Shown here in pieces: positions 60,918-64,000 of a stretch of 64,000 bases of DNA. A program made the translations under genes and the position numbers. Source of the stretch: Bacteroidaceae bacterium (GTDB lineage: Bacteria > Bacteroidota > Bacteroidia > Bacteroidales > Bacteroidaceae). The stretch is taken from assembly GCA_045597745.1 (NCBI GenBank), contig JAZLKQ010000528.1:2208-66207 (forward strand), in the 5' to 3' direction. Position 1 is the first letter of the stretch, and every line of letters begins with the position of its first letter. Under the pieces are notes generated by a model. It had not been told where the DNA came from. It saw only the letters and a list, made by a program, of their open reading frames with translations, and did no database searches.

Positions 60918-62165
60918 TTAACCACCGTTATATATGCGGTTGAAAACAAGCTTGCCATTTTCCTCTGCTGCACGGAAGCGGCCGTTGCTTACTATATCAA
61001 AGCCCTGTGGTGAGACACGGAAGCCAAAGCTGCCAATGGTACCTTCTATCATACCATCATCCTCACTGACCTTGAACATGCGTGTATTCTGTTCCGTAGT
61101 ACCGAAGCGGCAGAGGATGCCGTTTGTCGCAACTATGACCAGGTTGGTGCGCTTAACCGAACCGTGTACATATCCACTAAGGTAAGCAGGAAAAGAATAT
61201 GGACCAGTCATGGCACCTGGGCCACCGACAGAACAAACTACTATCACATGAAGATAATAATGCCCATCGTTCGGTATGTCAGCGGTAAACCCTTTGCTGA
61301 GATATTGCCTCAACACCCTATGGTTTGGGTCTGTTGTTCCTTCAAAGAAGAACACCTCTTCGTAAAGTTTCTCCCTATCTGTGGTATCATACAGATAGAA
61401 GGTAACAGTATAACTTACATTACCTATTCCAGCCGTAGAGCTTTGGCCATCATAGTTGAGAGGACCCCGGTATGCTTCTATCCAAGACCTGCTCCCGCTC
61501 ACTTCAATGGTGTTACCCTTCTCCTGCTGTCCCAAGTCAATGAAATGCGCACCTATCTGCTGTGTCCCCCAATGACCATTGCAGTCTATGTCTGCGTCTG
61601 ACCGCGGAATGGACGTTATAAGCGTTGATGTGGATTGCTCCTCAACGTCACCAATCCCACCGGCAACAACCCTTGCAACAGGCACACCCTTGCTGTCAAG
61701 AATCTGTATGGAGTCACCTTCTATTACAACCTTGTTGTTGTTGCGTGACGGCAGGGTATCCAGCCGCTTGACCGTCAGGGCATCAATGAATGCCTGTGAT
61801 GCCGCCAGGCTCTGCACATTGATATAATCGGCAGAGAGCTGCTTTGTCAGTATGAGTGGAGAGATCAGCGGACGCAGCACGTCCGCTTTCTCCCAATACT
61901 CGCCCTCTACCAATGGTACGGCAGAGGATGACGTGTGTGTCTTCCTGCACACATAGGCATTAAAGTTGTCGCGTCCATAGATGCTGACATCCCGGTCAAT
62001 GACAACATCAAGGTAGCGCACCCCATCCGTCTTCAAGGCCTCATCGTTGTGGTACTCAATGCCCATCTGCCACACGGACGTGCGTACAGAGCAGCCATCG
62101 TAGCCAGTGTCACCCTTCGGCCCCGGCTGCATGAACCTCACTGTCTGCGACCCACGGATTGCCAT
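60918..62165 (-). CDS. tail fibre protein
   Basis: 415 aa with an N-terminal collagen-like PGPKGDTGYDG. The following motif YVCRKTHTSSSAVPLVEGEYWEK is common in phage fibre shafts. 1-nt gap to the upstream ORF. Confidence 0.6.
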   Translation of the reverse strand: MAIRGSQTVRFMQPGPKGDTGYDGCSVRTSVWQMGIEYHNDEALKTDGVRYLDVVIDRDVSIYGRDNFNAYVCRKTHTSSSAVPLVEGEYWEKADVLRPLISPLILTKQLSADYINVQSLAASQAFIDALTVKRLDTLPSRNNNKVVIEGDSIQILDSKGVPVARVVAGGIGDVEEQSTSTLITSIPRSDADIDCNGHWGTQQIGAHFIDLGQQEKGNTIEVSGSRSWIEAYRGPLNYDGQSSTAGIGNVSYTVTFYLYDTTDREKLYEEVFFFEGTTDPNHRVLRQYLSKGFTADIPNDGHYYLHVIVVCSVGGPGAMTGPYSFPAYLSGYVHGSVKRTNLVIVATNGILCRFGTTEQNTRMFKVSEDDGMIEGTIGSFGFRVSPQGFDIVSNGRFRAAEENGKLVFNRIYNGG

Positions 62166-62166
62166 A

Positions 62167-62526
62167 TCAGCCTACTATTGCGTGACCAGCCTCTGCGCAC
62201 ATCGTGCGCCACATATCAAAGCCACGGAAGGCAACGATGCCCTCACCATCAAGGTTACCTGCAAGGATATCCTTCACGGCATTGGCAAGAAGCGCAATCT
62301 CATCCTTTGGGGCAAAGGCAGCTTCAATGAGCTGACTCTTGATATGGCCATACTCCTTCAGACCGTCAATCTCTACCTGGAAGGCTTCGTATGTTACAGA
62401 CTCTGCACCTTCTGCATCAGTGCCTACAATCTCTTCAATGTCCAGGCTGACAGTCTTTGTCTCTGGATCATACACAGCTGGCATGACATCCATGCTGCGC
62501 TTTGACAACATTCCAATCTTCTTCAT
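62167..62526 (-). CDS. acidic hypothetical protein (fibre-associated?)
   Basis: 119-aa ATG ORF between the RT and the tail fibre. Its acidic composition is unlike Avd. Confidence 0.5.
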   Translation of the reverse strand: MKKIGMLSKRSMDVMPAVYDPETKTVSLDIEEIVGTDAEGAESVTYEAFQVEIDGLKEYGHIKSQLIEAAFAPKDEIALLANAVKDILAGNLDGEGIVAFRGFDMWRTMCAEAGHAIVG

Positions 62527-62541
62527 ATCAGAACAGATTTA

Positions 62542-63927
62542 TTATTCTTTATACACAATCTTACCATCCACAAGGCTCACGTCCTTGCCACCAATGGCCA
62601 GTATCTCTATTTCGTCATCCACCATGTCATAGTTGTTGCCGTCCTGCCGTATAATAGTAGAAAACCTTGATACGTCATTGTCATCAAGAGCCTTGACCAT
62701 CGCCTTGATGCCTATGCTGTTGGTGATGACCTTGCCCTTCATGCCACCGCTCAAGGTGACATGCATCGCAAGCCTGTTAGGCCCATGCTTGGTCTTCACG
62801 CCAAACACCCAGTCTGAAATGACAATCCTGTCTCCCACCACCATGCGCATGCTCATCGGGCGTTCATCAATGATTCTCACGCCATCCCTGTCAGCACGCG
62901 GCTGACGCGCGATGCCCAGCTCCTTCAGTCCAACCTTTGACATAGTGTTCTTCTTATATAGTTCATGGCAGCTCCTTCCTCCATGTTTAAGCATTCCCCA
63001 CGCCGCAGCATCCAGCTCCCTTATGCGCTTCTTGCTGGTGACATGACTCCTGTGTCTCAGCCACCGTGCCTTGTTACGTCTGCGCCAGTACATGATGCCA
63101 TCCTCATAGTACACGAAGCCCAGGATATCCAGGCCACTGTGAAGAGGAGCGACAACCATAGGGTGCAGCCTGAAGCCAAGCGCCTCAAGACGTGCCACCA
63201 GCCGCTTTGCATTACGCCTCACCTCGCCCTTTGTCCTGCCCATGATGAGTATGTCATCAAGGTATCTGAGGTAATAGTGTATGCGGAGCGCCTCCTTGGC
63301 ATGGTGGTCAACACCATTCAGGGCGATGTTGCCCGCCAACTGACTCACCCTGGCACCCAGAGGTATGCCTACACCATCCTTACGGAACGTGCGTAACGGT
63401 TCAACGAATGCTTCAACATATTCCCTGTCCTTGAAGATACGCAACATCTCTGACTCAACAAGTGCATGAGGAATGTTCTCATAGTACTTGCAGATGTCAA
63501 GCTGTGCATACCAGCGCGTGCCGTCAGGATCTCTCCGTATCCAGTCACGCGCCTGAAGCGCAGCCTTTATCTGTCCATATCCCTTACGGCTGGCATAGGT
63601 GTGCCGTATGAAGGACTTATCAGCCCGGTTTTCGCCAGCAAGGACAAGGCTCTGCTGTTGTATATGATTAGGATGGAAATGGAGCTTGCTGATGTCCCTC
63701 ACCTTGTCAGAACCGCTCTTGCGCTTCTCCGTGATGTAGGGATGTGTCTTCATCGTGCGGTCTATCATCTGCTGCTGTATCTCAACCATGTTGGCCATGC
63801 GGTTTGCCACATGCAGCTTGAGACCCCTGTTGTGCTTCATCTTCCTGCGTACCGTGACCGTCTCTGCATAGCGCAGGTTGTCCCAGTCCCACATGGTATC
63901 ATATATGTTACCTTTCCTCTTAGGCAT
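62542..63927 (-). CDS. DGR-type reverse transcriptase with C-terminal extension
   Basis: GIPLGARVSQLAGNIAL (63337-63369) fits the DGR signature [ILV]GxxxSQ. YLRYLDDILIMG (63244-63279) is the YxDD box. By eye it is collinear with Bordetella phage Brt (LDICKYYENIPH, GLDILGF). About 125 extra residues follow the thumb. Confidence 0.85.
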   Translation of the reverse strand: MPKRKGNIYDTMWDWDNLRYAETVTVRRKMKHNRGLKLHVANRMANMVEIQQQMIDRTMKTHPYITEKRKSGSDKVRDISKLHFHPNHIQQQSLVLAGENRADKSFIRHTYASRKGYGQIKAALQARDWIRRDPDGTRWYAQLDICKYYENIPHALVESEMLRIFKDREYVEAFVEPLRTFRKDGVGIPLGARVSQLAGNIALNGVDHHAKEALRIHYYLRYLDDILIMGRTKGEVRRNAKRLVARLEALGFRLHPMVVAPLHSGLDILGFVYYEDGIMYWRRRNKARWLRHRSHVTSKKRIRELDAAAWGMLKHGGRSCHELYKKNTMSKVGLKELGIARQPRADRDGVRIIDERPMSMRMVVGDRIVISDWVFGVKTKHGPNRLAMHVTLSGGMKGKVITNSIGIKAMVKALDDNDVSRFSTIIRQDGNNYDMVDDEIEILAIGGKDVSLVDGKIVYKE

Positions 63928-64000
63928 TGCGATTAATGCTTGCTTCTATTCTTCAAGGAGCGTTCGAATCACTGCTGACCTACTAACACCTTTGGGCAGT

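Noticed and set aside
60918-61100. 3' end of the tail-fibre gene as the DGR variable repeat
   Set aside because: I could find no second copy (TR) of this sequence in the window by eye. The encoded C-terminus lacks an Asn/Tyr/Ser/Gly-rich patch of the kind often seen in VRs. It cannot be excluded without the sequence beyond nt 64000.
62167-62526. 119-aa ORF next to the RT as the DGR accessory protein Avd
   Set aside because: Avd proteins are small, basic helical-bundle proteins. This ORF is clearly acidic (many D/E, few K/R). It also sits downstream of the RT rather than between the target and the TR.
63951-63985. GGAGCGTTCGAATCACTGC contains a tRNA T-loop-like GTTCGAATC string just upstream of the RT
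   Set aside because: The flanking bases cannot form a T-stem (GGAGC versus ACTGC). No acceptor or anticodon arms can be drawn on either strand. It is more likely part of the DGR non-coding region.

Overview
Almost the whole window is one temperate tailed-phage genome segment. Phage genes lie on both sides of the integrase, which is the circular or replicative gene order. The host looks Bacteroidota-like: TAnnTTTG -7 promoter boxes and a Bacteroidales-style tyrosine integrase. Layout: (1) 1-5749, minus strand, head and structural genes, including a 568-aa capsid candidate and a scaffold-like ORF. (2) 5862-9244, plus strand, packaging operon: a small HTH-like ORF, a mini rhomboid-like membrane protease and TerL. 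(3) 9325-41268, minus strand, late block: portal-like ORF, lysis cassette (holin-like ORF, M15 endolysin, u-spanin-like lipoprotein), a 901-aa ORF, one 21.9-kb ORF (7,297 aa) with many enzyme motifs (polyvalent-protein architecture), Q/N/A-rich internal-protein-like ORFs and connector-sized ORFs. (4) 41311-44474, lysogeny module: integrase, an HTH + PD-(D/E)xK nuclease-like cargo gene, a coiled-coil ORF, and cI-like and cro-like regulators around a perfect palindromic operator. (5) 44471-57777, plus strand, early block: Xis-like HTH, RecT, a RecB-nuclease::FtsK-ATPase fusion, a replication-organizer-like gene with internal iterons, a DnaA-C-like HTH, DUF1599-, PI-PLC-, DUF1064-, DUF4406- and ASCH-like ORFs, and many tiny Cys-rich ORFs. 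(6) 57796-63927, minus strand, headed by a DGR-type reverse transcriptase, followed by an acidic 119-aa ORF and a collagen-motif tail fibre. I found no rRNA, tRNA or CRISPR array. The most notable items are: the giant polyvalent ORF; a perfect 14-bp motif present 5 times, always 22 nt from a -7-like octamer and in front of each late operon (candidate phage-specific late promoter); and a DGR RT with an extra C-terminal domain whose TR and VR are not visible in the window. All domain calls come from reading motifs by eye. No searches were run.
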